64,000 nucleotides of DNA from IMG/VR virus record IMGVR_UViG_3300017912_003267. One strand, 5' to 3'. Below, one piece after another: positions 1 through 8,014 of the stretch (position 1 is the first letter of the stretch; the number at the start of each line of letters is the position of its first letter). Source of the DNA: an uncultured virus (IMG/VR IMGVR_UViG_3300017912_003267). Lineage: Duplodnaviria > Heunggongvirae > Uroviricota > Caudoviricetes. The position numbers were made by a program, and so were the translations under genes. The notes beneath the pieces are model-generated. The model did no database searches. It saw only the letters and a program-made list of their open reading frames with translations, and was not told where the DNA came from.

Positions 1-15
1 AGGTTTTAAATAAAA

Positions 16-1074
16 ATGGTAGCATCAACATTAACACAACAATCACAACGGGGGTGGTTCGATGTCCTGGACGACTGGCTTAAACGAGATCGCTTTGTCT
101 TTGTGGGTTGGTCTGGACTCCTTCTTTTTCCCACTGCTTATCTGGCCATTGGTGGCTGGCTTACTGGGACGACGTTTGCTACAAGCTGGTACACCCACGG
201 GTTGGCGTCTAGCTACCTTGAAGGTGCTAATTTCCTCACGGCTGCTGTGTCAACGCCTGCTGACGCTATGGGTCATTCTCTTCTTCTACTTTGGGGTCCT
301 GAGTCTCAGGGAGATTTCATCCGCTGGGTCCAACTTGGGGGACTCTGGGCTTTTGTGGCGCTCCACGGGGCTTTCGCTCTAATTGGTTTCATGCTTCGTC
401 AGTTTGAACTGGCACGTCTTATTGGTATCCGTCCTTACAATGCTATTGCGTTCTCTGGTCCTATTGCTGTCTTTGTCAGTGTTTTCCTTATCTACCCACT
501 GGGTCAGTCCTCATGGTTCTTTGCTCCATCCTTCGGGGTGGCAGCAATCTTTAGATTCCTTCTTTTCCTCCAAGGATTTCACAACTGGACACTGAATCCC
601 TTCCACATGATGGGAGTTGCTGGTATACTGGGAGGAGCACTCCTGTCAGCAATCCATGGAGTGACTGTAGAAAACACACTTTATCAAGATGGTGAACAAG
701 CAAACACTTTCAAAGCATTTGACTCGACTCAAGAAGAAGAAAGTTACTCAATGGTCACGGCTAACCGATTCTGGTCTCAGATTTTTGGGATCGCTTTCTC
801 CAATAAGCGTTGGCTTCATTTTTTCATGTTGTTTGTTCCTGTTATGGGTCTTTGGACAAGTTCCATTGGTATTATTGGTCTCGCACTCAATCTACGTGCT
901 TACGATTTTGTTTCTCAGGAGATTAGAGCAGCGGAGGATCCAGAATTTGAAACGTTCTATACGAAAAACATCCTCCTCAATGAAGGACTCCGTTCCTGGT
1001 TGGCTCCAGTAGATCAACCACATGAAAACTTTGTGTTCCCAGAAGAGGTGTTGCCAAGGGGCAACGCTCTGTGA
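16..1074 (+). CDS. psbD: Photosystem II D2 protein
   Basis: 352 aa; [23 protein letters not shown]-terminus and [13 protein letters not shown]-terminus typical of D2. Confidence 0.99.
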   Translation: MVASTLTQQSQRGWFDVLDDWLKRDRFVFVGWSGLLLFPTAYLAIGGWLTGTTFATSWYTHGLASSYLEGANFLTAAVSTPADAMGHSLLLLWGPESQGDFIRWVQLGGLWAFVALHGAFALIGFMLRQFELARLIGIRPYNAIAFSGPIAVFVSVFLIYPLGQSSWFFAPSFGVAAIFRFLLFLQGFHNWTLNPFHMMGVAGILGGALLSAIHGVTVENTLYQDGEQANTFKAFDSTQEEESYSMVTANRFWSQIFGIAFSNKRWLHFFMLFVPVMGLWTSSIGIIGLALNLRAYDFVSQEIRAAEDPEFETFYTKNILLNEGLRSWLAPVDQPHENFVFPEEVLPRGNAL

Positions 1075-1080
1075 TATAAT
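1051..1080 (+). promoter_or_regulatory. sigma70-type promoter at the psbD 3' end
   Basis: TTGCCA-N18-TATAAT with extended -10 TG. Confidence 0.55.
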
Positions 1081-1082
1081 AC

Positions 1083-1107
1083 GGGGGTCAAACGACCCTC
1101 TTTTTTT
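1083..1107 (+). terminator. Intrinsic terminator after psbD
   Basis: GGGGGTC-AAAC-GACCCTC stem followed by T7. Confidence 0.85.
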
Positions 1108-1362
1108 ATGGACATTAAAGTTTACTCCATGCAAGGTTGTCGCTGGTGTTTAAAACTTAAAGAAGTTTTTAAACGTGCCAATCTTCCATATACAGAGTAT
1201 ATTTTGGATATTAATATCACTCCACAAGAGTATTTTGAAAGTGGTAATCATCCTGCTATCCCCAATTTTCCACAGTGTGTTATTGACGGAGAAGTTCTAG
1301 GTGGTGTCACTCCTGTGGTAGAATATCTTGTGAAGAAAAATCTTCTTAAAAGTAAAAAATGA
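1108..1362 (+). CDS. Glutaredoxin (NrdC/NrdH-like)
   Basis: 84 aa; YSMQGCRWC (CxxC) and FPQCVIDGEVLGG glutaredoxin motifs. Confidence 0.9.
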   Translation: MDIKVYSMQGCRWCLKLKEVFKRANLPYTEYILDINITPQEYFESGNHPAIPNFPQCVIDGEVLGGVTPVVEYLVKKNLLKSKK

Positions 1363-1529
1363 ATAGTGATTTAAAGATAAATAAAGGTGTTGAGCTAATG
1401 CTCAGGAGGGAAAATACAGAGCAGGTAAATGATGTACCTGAACCGAGAGGGTTCAAATTCAGTCAACAATTATCCTTCCTGAGAAAAACTTTTCACATTA
1501 AGTTTGAATTTACTTGGGAAGGCGAGTAA
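1359..1529 (+). CDS. Small hypothetical protein (56 aa, MNSDLKINKGVELMLRR...)
   Basis: Translated by hand; ATGA overlap with glutaredoxin stop; fills the gap to the next gene. Confidence 0.7.
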   Translation: MNSDLKINKGVELMLRRENTEQVNDVPEPRGFKFSQQLSFLRKTFHIKFEFTWEGE

Positions 1530-1546
1530 CATATAGGAGGCTTGCC

Positions 1547-1780
1547 ATGTCAACATCAGTAATTCTGTTTTTTTCTACAATGATTACTGGACTTTTCTTT
1601 GTAGTAGGTGTTACAATAGGGTGGACAGCAAACGATTTCTTGTATAACATGTTAGCAAGAGATGAAACACAATTACATCCTGAAATGTATGACAATGATG
1701 GTATTGTAATTAACGAAGAACTTCTTTCAGTTCGTTTTATTGACGAAGCAGAAGAAGAAGATGAGTATTATGACGGTTAA
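1547..1780 (+). CDS. Hypothetical membrane protein
   Basis: AGGAGG SD at 1535-1540 before ATG 1547; N-terminal hydrophobic segment, acidic tail. Confidence 0.8.
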   Translation: MSTSVILFFSTMITGLFFVVGVTIGWTANDFLYNMLARDETQLHPEMYDNDGIVINEELLSVRFIDEAEEEDEYYDG

Positions 1781-1786
1781 TAAATA
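1779..1786 (+). promoter_or_regulatory. T4-type late promoter
   Basis: AATAAATA upstream of ORF 1824. Confidence 0.5.
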
Positions 1787-1823
1787 CAAATAGTAATCGT
1801 CTTTGTAACTTGTATTATTTAAA

Positions 1824-2258
1824 ATGAAACTACTAATTTCTGAAGTGCTCCAAAAAGTGAGTAATGCTAAGACAAAAGCAGAAAAGATTAAACTGTTACG
1901 GCAGTATAACACCCCAGCATTACGATCAATTCTAATCGTAAACTTTGATGAAAGCGTAGTTTCTATGCTACCAGGAGGAGAAGTTCCTTTCCAAGCGAAT
2001 GATGCTCCTCCTGGTACTGAACACACTAAATTGGAGCATGAATATCGTAAGTTGTATCTCTTTTTCAAGGGTGGCAGTAGTTCACTGAAGCAATCCAAAA
2101 GAGAATCTTTGTTTATTCAAATGCTAGAAGGATTAGAACAGTCCGAAGCGAGGGTTCTTGTTATGGCAAAGGACAAGACTCTAGGTAAACGCTACAAGAT
2201 CACTAGAGCATGTGTAGAAGAGGCTTTCCCCCAGATTCAGTGGGGAGGGCGTTCTTGA
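1824..2258 (+). CDS. Conserved T4-like phage hypothetical protein
   Basis: 144-aa ORF in operon context (KRESLFIQMLEGL motif). Confidence 0.8.
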   Translation: MKLLISEVLQKVSNAKTKAEKIKLLRQYNTPALRSILIVNFDESVVSMLPGGEVPFQANDAPPGTEHTKLEHEYRKLYLFFKGGSSSLKQSKRESLFIQMLEGLEQSEARVLVMAKDKTLGKRYKITRACVEEAFPQIQWGGRS

Positions 2259-2510
2259 ATGGCAAAATCTGTGACTATAATTCATCAAGACTGTGACCCA
2301 TCTCTTTCTGAAGACAAATCTTTACCATACACTGCTTATATGATTGAATACATCCAAGGTGAAACATCTCATTTTGATATTGCTACTTGCTCAAAACAAG
2401 TAGATTTATTTGACTTCTATTACGATAAATACAAACGAGATCTCGTCGGGTTTGTTCAGACAGAAGGGCGAGTTAATCCAAAAATGTGGAACCCCCCTAA
2501 GAAAAAATGA
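2259..2510 (+). CDS. Conserved cyanophage hypothetical protein
   Basis: 83 aa, abuts previous stop. Confidence 0.75.
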   Translation: MAKSVTIIHQDCDPSLSEDKSLPYTAYMIEYIQGETSHFDIATCSKQVDLFDFYYDKYKRDLVGFVQTEGRVNPKMWNPPKKK

Positions 2511-2758
2511 CAAGAGATCCGTATCAAAATACATTTTGTATTCAATATTGGGTTATGGGCAAACCAATAAACCCTAAGGTACTGAAAGAATTTAATGAAG
2601 AAGGATCTCCAGAGTCTACACAAATGTGGGACGAGGTTAAGTTCTTTGATTCCTTACAAGATGCTATGCCTGTCTGTAAAGATATGCTTAGTAAAGGGTG
2701 GGATGTTAAAGTTAGAAAATGTTGTGAAGGAAGAGACGGTTACTTTTGGTTGATGTAA
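2507..2758 (+). CDS. Hypothetical protein
   Basis: 83 aa, ATGA overlap with previous gene. Confidence 0.7.
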   Translation: MTRDPYQNTFCIQYWVMGKPINPKVLKEFNEEGSPESTQMWDEVKFFDSLQDAMPVCKDMLSKGWDVKVRKCCEGRDGYFWLM

Positions 2759-2759
2759 A

Positions 2760-3134
2760 ATGAACACAAACATTATGGGTAAACATGTTCTGATGGATAT
2801 CGAACAAGCAGACCCAGCACTATTAAATGATCCTCAGTACCTTACTGATCTTATGGAGTCGGCAGCTGCCTTTATTGGTGTGACTGTATTACATACACAT
2901 TCACATCAGTTTTCTCCTCAGGGTGTAACAGCGTTCGTTATGCTAGCAGAATCTCATATGTCGATTCACACTTGGCCAGAGTCTGGTGATGCTGCTCTTG
3001 ATGTATTTACTTGTGGTGAAGCAGACCCTAGAGAAGCAGCAGACTTTATTATGACTGGTCTTGGTGGGTGGTCTCATGAAACAAATACCATCATGAGATA
3101 CAAATTAGACGACCCTAGCGTAAGAGATCTCTAA
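2760..3134 (+). CDS. speD: S-adenosylmethionine decarboxylase proenzyme (pyruvoyl-dependent)
   Basis: GKH...FSPQGVT...LAESHMSIHTWPE...ALDVFTCG; E-S self-cleavage site. Confidence 0.93.
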   Translation: MNTNIMGKHVLMDIEQADPALLNDPQYLTDLMESAAAFIGVTVLHTHSHQFSPQGVTAFVMLAESHMSIHTWPESGDAALDVFTCGEADPREAADFIMTGLGGWSHETNTIMRYKLDDPSVRDL

Positions 3135-3136
3135 AG

Positions 3137-3182
3137 TGTATCAACTGATACAGTTGTCAAAGCATACATAGTATGGTATAAT
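3137..3182 (+). promoter_or_regulatory. NtcA-type box plus sigma70 promoter
   Basis: Palindrome TGTATCA-AC-TGATACA (GTA-N8-TAC, 3137-3152) next to TTGTCA-N17-TATAAT (3154-3182). Confidence 0.75.
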
Positions 3183-3189
3183 AACCATA

Positions 3190-3415
3190 CGTTCATCCCA
3201 CTCTCGGGTGGGACGCAAGTAAGTCGCGGAACGGAGCGTTCATCCCATGATTGATCTTTTACTTTATGCTTCTATCAATTGTCAAGATGCTGCTGATATG
3301 ATCAGCCGTGTCAAGACGAATGAAAGCATGAGTAAAATTGCCAGAACAGAGGTTGTTGAAACCTTAAAGGAAGCAACACCTCAGTGTGATTGGGACGAAA
3401 ACGACTGAAGGAACG
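3190..3415 (+). ncRNA. Glutamine riboswitch-like RNA (glnA/Downstream-peptide family), double aptamer
   Basis: Two CGTTCA...GAACG P1 units, TCCCA/TGGGA P2 stems, AGTA-AGTCG / CGACT-GAA loop-E P3; upstream of a DUF4278-type gene. Confidence 0.75.
3247..3408 (+). CDS. Small ORF (53 aa, MIDLLLYASINCQDA...CDWDEND) nested in the riboswitch
   Basis: Translated by hand; GGAG SD at 3233-3236; open for 53 codons. Confidence 0.65.
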   Translation: MIDLLLYASINCQDAADMISRVKTNESMSKIARTEVVETLKEATPQCDWDEND

Positions 3416-3476
3416 GGGAAACGGATCCACCGAAAGGTGAGAAGGTTAACTTTCCATTCTATTCAGGTAACGACAA

Positions 3477-3644
3477 ATGAACACACTCAATCTCATTCGT
3501 AAGCAGATCAAGAAAGCTGCTGCTCTTCACGACGCTCAAATCTCTCACACCTCTTATCGTGGTGTTGAGTATGATACACGTTGTGTAGAAGTTAAAGAAT
3601 CCCACGGCACATTTTGCTATCGTGGTAAAACTTATACTAAGTGA
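3477..3644 (+). CDS. DUF4278-type peptide (55 aa)
   Basis: Two YRG motifs (SYRGVEY, CYRGKTY), the family found downstream of glutamine riboswitches in marine cyanobacteria. Confidence 0.8.
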   Translation: MNTLNLIRKQIKKAAALHDAQISHTSYRGVEYDTRCVEVKESHGTFCYRGKTYTK

Positions 3645-3662
3645 TATTGTTTTAAAGAATAT

Positions 3663-3693
3663 AAAGAGAGGTCTTGACGACCTCTCTTTTTTT
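3663..3693 (+). terminator. Intrinsic terminator
   Basis: AAAGAGAGGTC-TTGAC-GACCTCTCTTT plus T-run. Confidence 0.9.
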
Positions 3694-3702
3694 GTGTATA
3701 AT
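3674..3702 (+). promoter_or_regulatory. sigma70-type promoter overlapping the terminator
   Basis: TTGACG-N17-TATAAT. Confidence 0.75.
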
Positions 3703-3722
3703 TATCAAAACTGTACACATAT

Positions 3723-3899
3723 ATGGACAGACAAAAACTAAAGTTAATCGTCAAAAACCTGGAGCTATTGGTTGACAGTTTAAAGTCGGAAGTTTATTCA
3801 GATACAGAAGCTTACCGACCTAAATTAGAATTACAACAGGACTCTAGTAAATTTGGATTTAAATATGATGAAGGAGACGACGATGGATACCCAGACTAA
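3723..3899 (+). CDS. Conserved cyanophage hypothetical protein (58 aa, MDRQKLKLIVKNLELLVDSLKSEVYSD...)
   Basis: Translated by hand; directly downstream of the promoter. Confidence 0.75.
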   Translation: MDRQKLKLIVKNLELLVDSLKSEVYSDTEAYRPKLELQQDSSKFGFKYDEGDDDGYPD

Positions 3900-4194
3900 G
3901 CAACCCCAATCAATCAAACAATACATTAAGTGGTTGACTCAAGCAGTAGAGAACGGTCACTTGTATGATGATGAAGAGTATGCTAAAATTAAGAGAGAGT
4001 TGTATCAGGCAAAACAACTTCGTAAACTAGTACATGCCAGAGAACGTTCACTTTATGGATTCGGATATATCGATGACAGATTCACCAGTAAGACTGATCT
4101 CAGTGACTCCCGAAGCGGAGAAGACAATGGGGTACGTAGCGAGAGTATCGAACCCGAACAACCAGGAGAATCCGAAGGTAGCGGGACTCCTTAG
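3883..4194 (+). CDS. Hypothetical protein overlapping the thyX 5' end
   Basis: AAGGAG SD at 3871 before ATG 3883. Confidence 0.65.
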   Translation: MDTQTKQPQSIKQYIKWLTQAVENGHLYDDEEYAKIKRELYQAKQLRKLVHARERSLYGFGYIDDRFTSKTDLSDSRSGEDNGVRSESIEPEQPGESEGSGTP

Positions 4195-4714
4195 TTATTG
4201 TATCAAGCACAACCACTGGTCTGTCTTTGAGCAAGCATTCATGACCCTGGAGATCTCTACCACCAGGGCGATAGCAGCTCAAATTTTGCGTCACCGTTCG
4301 TTTACATTTCAAGAGTTTTCCCAACGGTATGCTGACAGTTCTCTGCTAGCAGAGAAACTGCCTTTGTTTGATCTTCGTCGTCAAGATACAAAGAATCGTC
4401 AGAATAGTATCGATGACATTGATGCTTTCACCAAGCAAGAACTTGAGATTACTATTCAAAGACACTTTGATTCTGCTATGAGTATCTACAGGCAGATGCT
4501 TGACTTGGGGATTGCTAAGGAGTGTGCCCGCATGGTGCTTCCCCTCGCCACGCCCACAAAAATCTACATGTCGGGTTCAGTTCGCAGTTGGGTCCACTAT
4601 ATAGATCTACGGAGTGCTCATGGCACCCAGAAAGAACACATGATCATTGCCGAGGCATGTCGTGATATCTTTAAAGAACAGTTCCCTATCGTTGCTGAAG
4701 CACTGGAGTGGTAA
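4073..4714 (+). CDS. thyX: Flavin-dependent thymidylate synthase
   Basis: RHRSFTFQEFSQRY ThyX signature, HWSVFEQ; start placed at ATG 4073 (MTDSPVRL). Confidence 0.97.
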   Translation: MTDSPVRLISVTPEAEKTMGYVARVSNPNNQENPKVAGLLSYCIKHNHWSVFEQAFMTLEISTTRAIAAQILRHRSFTFQEFSQRYADSSLLAEKLPLFDLRRQDTKNRQNSIDDIDAFTKQELEITIQRHFDSAMSIYRQMLDLGIAKECARMVLPLATPTKIYMSGSVRSWVHYIDLRSAHGTQKEHMIIAEACRDIFKEQFPIVAEALEW

Positions 4715-4956
4715 TGCCTACATATCCTGTTAAACACAAAGAGACTGGTGAAGTCAAAGATGTTAGAATGAGTATCACCGAGTGGGACCAGTGGAAGGAA
4801 AACAATCCTGACTGGGAACGCTACTTCACTCCAGAGAATTCTCCTGGATTTGGTGAAGTTGGTGACTGGAGAAACAAAATGAATAAGACTCACCCTGGAT
4901 GGGGTGAGCACATGAAAAAAATGGCAAACATGCCTGGTTCAAAAGTAGAGTGGTAA
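4714..4956 (+). CDS. Conserved cyanophage hypothetical protein (FmdB-like MPTY N-terminus)
   Basis: TAATG coupling with thyX; MPTYPVKHKETGE. Confidence 0.75.
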   Translation: MPTYPVKHKETGEVKDVRMSITEWDQWKENNPDWERYFTPENSPGFGEVGDWRNKMNKTHPGWGEHMKKMANMPGSKVEW

Positions 4957-4962
4957 ACATTT

Positions 4963-5718
4963 ATGCCTAGAGGAAGAAAGAAAACAACATCGCCTGGAGC
5001 AGGGATGTCTGCTAAGCAGAAGAAGCGTAGGAAGCCTATCAATTCTGATTACCTCCTGCCTATCGAACCGATGACAGACAACCAGTCGAGGTTGTTTGAA
5101 GCATACGGTGAAGGAAAGAATCTCTTTGCTTATGGGTGTGCTGGTACGGGTAAAACATTTGCTGCCCTGTACTTGGCACTCAAAGATGTATTAGATGAGT
5201 ATAGTCCTTATGAAAAAGTGTATGTTGTCCGTTCACTTGTAGCAACTAGAGAGATTGGTTTTCTCCCTGGTACACATGAAGACAAGGCAGATATCTACCA
5301 GATTCCTTATAAGAATATGGTAAAATATATGTTCGAGATGCCAGACGATGCTTCATTTGAGATGTTGTATGACAATCTCAAGGCACAAGAAACTATTTCT
5401 TTCTGGTCAACATCATTTCTTCGTGGCACCACACTTGATAACTCTATTGTTATCATTGATGAATGTCAGAACCTAAACTTTCATGAACTTGATAGTATCA
5501 TCACCCGCTGTGGTCAAGATACTAAGATTCTTTTCTGTGGTGATGCTAGACAGACTGATCTACAAAAGACAAGTGAAAAGACTGGTATCATTGACTTCAT
5601 GAAGATCATTCAAAGTATGGAAGAAGACTTTGCTATGGTTGAGTTCGGTATTGAAGACATCGTTCGTTCTGGTCTCGTTAAAAACTATCTAATTGCTAAA
5701 CTAAATCTAGGATTCTAA
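4963..5718 (+). CDS. phoH: PhoH family ATPase
   Basis: GCAGTGKT Walker A, IGFLPG, FLRGTT, IIDECQN, GDARQTD, IVRSGLV. Confidence 0.96.
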   Translation: MPRGRKKTTSPGAGMSAKQKKRRKPINSDYLLPIEPMTDNQSRLFEAYGEGKNLFAYGCAGTGKTFAALYLALKDVLDEYSPYEKVYVVRSLVATREIGFLPGTHEDKADIYQIPYKNMVKYMFEMPDDASFEMLYDNLKAQETISFWSTSFLRGTTLDNSIVIIDECQNLNFHELDSIITRCGQDTKILFCGDARQTDLQKTSEKTGIIDFMKIIQSMEEDFAMVEFGIEDIVRSGLVKNYLIAKLNLGF

Positions 5719-6404
5719 TGATCTTTAATCATGTGGGGATTGATCCCATTGAAATGACTACTGTCGAGATCGATGGGAAAAGATATTACCTTACACCAAG
5801 TGGTAATCACTATCCGTCAATCACCACAGTGATTAGTAACAACTCTAAGAAGCAAAAGCAACTTGCTAAATGGAGAGCGAGAGTTGGTAAAGACAAAGCA
5901 CAACTCACATCTACGAGAGCAGCAGGACGTGGTACTCGATACCACAAACTAGTTGAAGATTACCTTAATAATGAGTTAGATAAGGGGAAGTACAAAGACA
6001 TGCCACTACCATGGTTTATGTTCAATACTTCCCAACGTATTTTAGATCGTATAAATAATATATACCTCCAAGAAGCAGCGTTATATTCTGACATCCTTGA
6101 GATTGCTGGTAGAGTAGACTGTATCGCTGAGTTCGATGGGGAGCTGAGCATTATTGACTTCAAGACTTCTGCTAAGAAGAAGAAAGAAGAATATCTATAT
6201 GACTATTACGTACAAGAATGTGGATATGCTTGTATGCTTCAGGAGGTGTATGATCTAACTGTCAAGCAGTTGGTGACCATTGTAGCTACCGAAGAGGGAG
6301 AGACACAAATTTCTGTAGTATCCCCTAAAAAAGAATATCTAACCACGCTACAAGAGTACATCGAAGAATACAAAGAAAAACATGGCAGAAAATCTGGAGG
6401 ATAA
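5718..6404 (+). CDS. PD-(D/E)XK exonuclease (cyanophage exonuclease A-like)
   Basis: YPSITTV, RGTRYH, GRVDCIAEFDGELSIIDFKTS, Q..GY motifs. Confidence 0.9.
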   Translation: MIFNHVGIDPIEMTTVEIDGKRYYLTPSGNHYPSITTVISNNSKKQKQLAKWRARVGKDKAQLTSTRAAGRGTRYHKLVEDYLNNELDKGKYKDMPLPWFMFNTSQRILDRINNIYLQEAALYSDILEIAGRVDCIAEFDGELSIIDFKTSAKKKKEEYLYDYYVQECGYACMLQEVYDLTVKQLVTIVATEEGETQISVVSPKKEYLTTLQEYIEEYKEKHGRKSGG

Positions 6405-6627
6405 ATTTATGACAACTGCGAAGTTCTCGCAGGAAGTGGAAAAGGTAGCATTTGATAACGAAATGAATTATATTGATGCTATTATTTTTTATTGTGAGAA
6501 AAATGAAATAGAAATTGAATCAGTTCCTAAGTTGATCAGCAAACCACTTAAAGAAAAACTTAAGTATGATGCTCAGAAACTAAACTACATGAAAAAAACC
6601 AGTCGAGCTAAGCTAATGCTACTATGA
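6382..6627 (+). CDS. gp33: Late transcription coactivator
   Basis: NYIDAIIFYCEKNEIEIESVPKLISKPLKEKLKYDAQKLN; synteny after the exonuclease. Confidence 0.9.
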   Translation: MAENLEDKFMTTAKFSQEVEKVAFDNEMNYIDAIIFYCEKNEIEIESVPKLISKPLKEKLKYDAQKLNYMKKTSRAKLMLL

Positions 6628-6968
6628 GTAACTTTTTCCAATCAGAAATGGTACGGGGCGACATCCAAGAAATGATGGAACTCCAAAAGTATTGCTTCCA
6701 ATCAGCACATGCTTTTCCTGTTCTTTCATATGAAAAAAGAATGGAATACTTCAATGTTCTTGAAGAATTATTAGAGAAGCAAAAGATTTTCTCCACAAGA
6801 ATGCAACTTAGTGATGATCCAGAAGCAAAAGAAATGGTAGAAAGTATGAAAATGGCTGCCGTTATGCTCGGTGGTGACGCTAACAAAACTGTCAATGAAA
6901 TCTTCGATGATCTTGGAGAGAGAATCAAAGACATGAAAGCCAAATTAGAAAGTGGCACACTAGACTAA
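6624..6968 (+). CDS. DUF1825-like hypothetical protein
   Basis: FFQSEMV...KQKIFSTRMQLSDDPEAK. Confidence 0.75.
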   Translation: MSNFFQSEMVRGDIQEMMELQKYCFQSAHAFPVLSYEKRMEYFNVLEELLEKQKIFSTRMQLSDDPEAKEMVESMKMAAVMLGGDANKTVNEIFDDLGERIKDMKAKLESGTLD

Positions 6969-6993
6969 CTTCTGCCCAAGTCTCTGCTATTAT
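6939..6993 (+). promoter_or_regulatory. Putative early promoter with palindromic upstream motif (gp32)
   Basis: GCCA-N10-TGGCAC then TGcTATTAT; same geometry at 59257 and 63508. Confidence 0.55.
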
Positions 6994-7081
6994 AACTTCG
7001 TTGGGCAGATGAGTCGGGGAGACCCGCCTGTACGTAAGACCCAACACATCCAAACACATCCGAAATATCCGAGGTAATCTA

Positions 7082-8014
7082 ATGTCCTTTTCCGATCTAA
7101 AGCGCAAGTCCCAGAACAACTTCCAATTCCTTCAGAAGGAACTGGAGAAGTCCAGCACCGAAAAATCAGGTGCCGACGAACGACTCTGGAAGCCCGAACT
7201 TGATGCTGGTGGTAACGGTTATGCCGTTATTCGCTTCCTGCCTGCTCCCGATGGAGAGTCTGTGCCATGGGCAAAATTGTACTCCCACGGGTTCCAAGGT
7301 CCTGGTGGTTGGTTCATCGAGAACTGCCCCACGACTCACGGTGACAAGTGTCCTGTCTGTGCTCACAACAACGGACTGTGGAACAGTGGTGTGGAGTCTG
7401 ATAAAGAGATTGCTCGTAAGCAGAAACGTAAACTGTCTTACTACAGCAACATCTATGTGGTGAAGGATCCCAAGCACCCCGAGAATGAGGGTAAGGTGTT
7501 CCTGTATCGTTATGGTAAGAAGATCTTTGATAAGATCATGGGTGCTATGCAACCTGAGTTTCAGGACGAGACTCCTGTGAACCCCTTTGACATGTGGGAA
7601 GGTGCTAACTTCAAGCTCAAAATCAAGACTGTTGCTGGTTACTGGAACTATGACTCCAGCGAGTTTGATCGTACTGCTGCTCTGTCTGCTGACGATGATG
7701 AACTTGAGACCATCTGGAAGCAGGGTTACTCACTGGAAGCATTCACTGCTCCTGCTGAGTTCAAGTCCTACGATGATCTGGAAGCACGTATGAACGCTGT
7801 GTTCAATGTTGCTCCCCGTGTCTCTGCTGCCCAGCAGGAAGAAGAGTTTGATCCCATTCCTACTGGTGGTGGTTTCAATGACCCTGAGATCATGGCAGCG
7901 TCAACACCAATTCCTCAGTCAATGAAGAAAGAGTTGGATAATCTGACTCCTGCTTCATCTGTAACTGATGATGATGACGCTCTGTCGTACTTTGCTAAAC
8001 TTGCTGAGGAGTGA
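7082..8014 (+). CDS. gp32: Single-stranded DNA-binding protein
   Basis: DERLWK, GNGYAVIRFLP, ENCPTT...CPVC, acidic C-terminus DDDDALSYFAKLAEE. Confidence 0.98.
   Translation: MSFSDLKRKSQNNFQFLQKELEKSSTEKSGADERLWKPELDAGGNGYAVIRFLPAPDGESVPWAKLYSHGFQGPGGWFIENCPTTHGDKCPVCAHNNGLWNSGVESDKEIARKQKRKLSYYSNIYVVKDPKHPENEGKVFLYRYGKKIFDKIMGAMQPEFQDETPVNPFDMWEGANFKLKIKTVAGYWNYDSSEFDRTAALSADDDELETIWKQGYSLEAFTAPAEFKSYDDLEARMNAVFNVAPRVSAAQQEEEFDPIPTGGGFNDPEIMAASTPIPQSMKKELDNLTPASSVTDDDDALSYFAKLAEE

Noticed and set aside
16..1074. Intron or homing element in psbD
   Set aside because: The ORF is continuous and of normal D2 length.
4034..4072. Longer thyX start at 4034
   Set aside because: The extension is not ThyX-like and deepens the overlap; ATG 4073 is preferred.
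5718..6404. Cas4 as part of a CRISPR locus
   Set aside because: Lacks the four-Cys Fe-S pattern; it is the usual exonuclease between phoH and gp33.
7005..7045. Hammerhead ribozyme suggested by CAGATGAG
   Set aside because: The core CUGAUGA and a correctly placed GAAA are not present.
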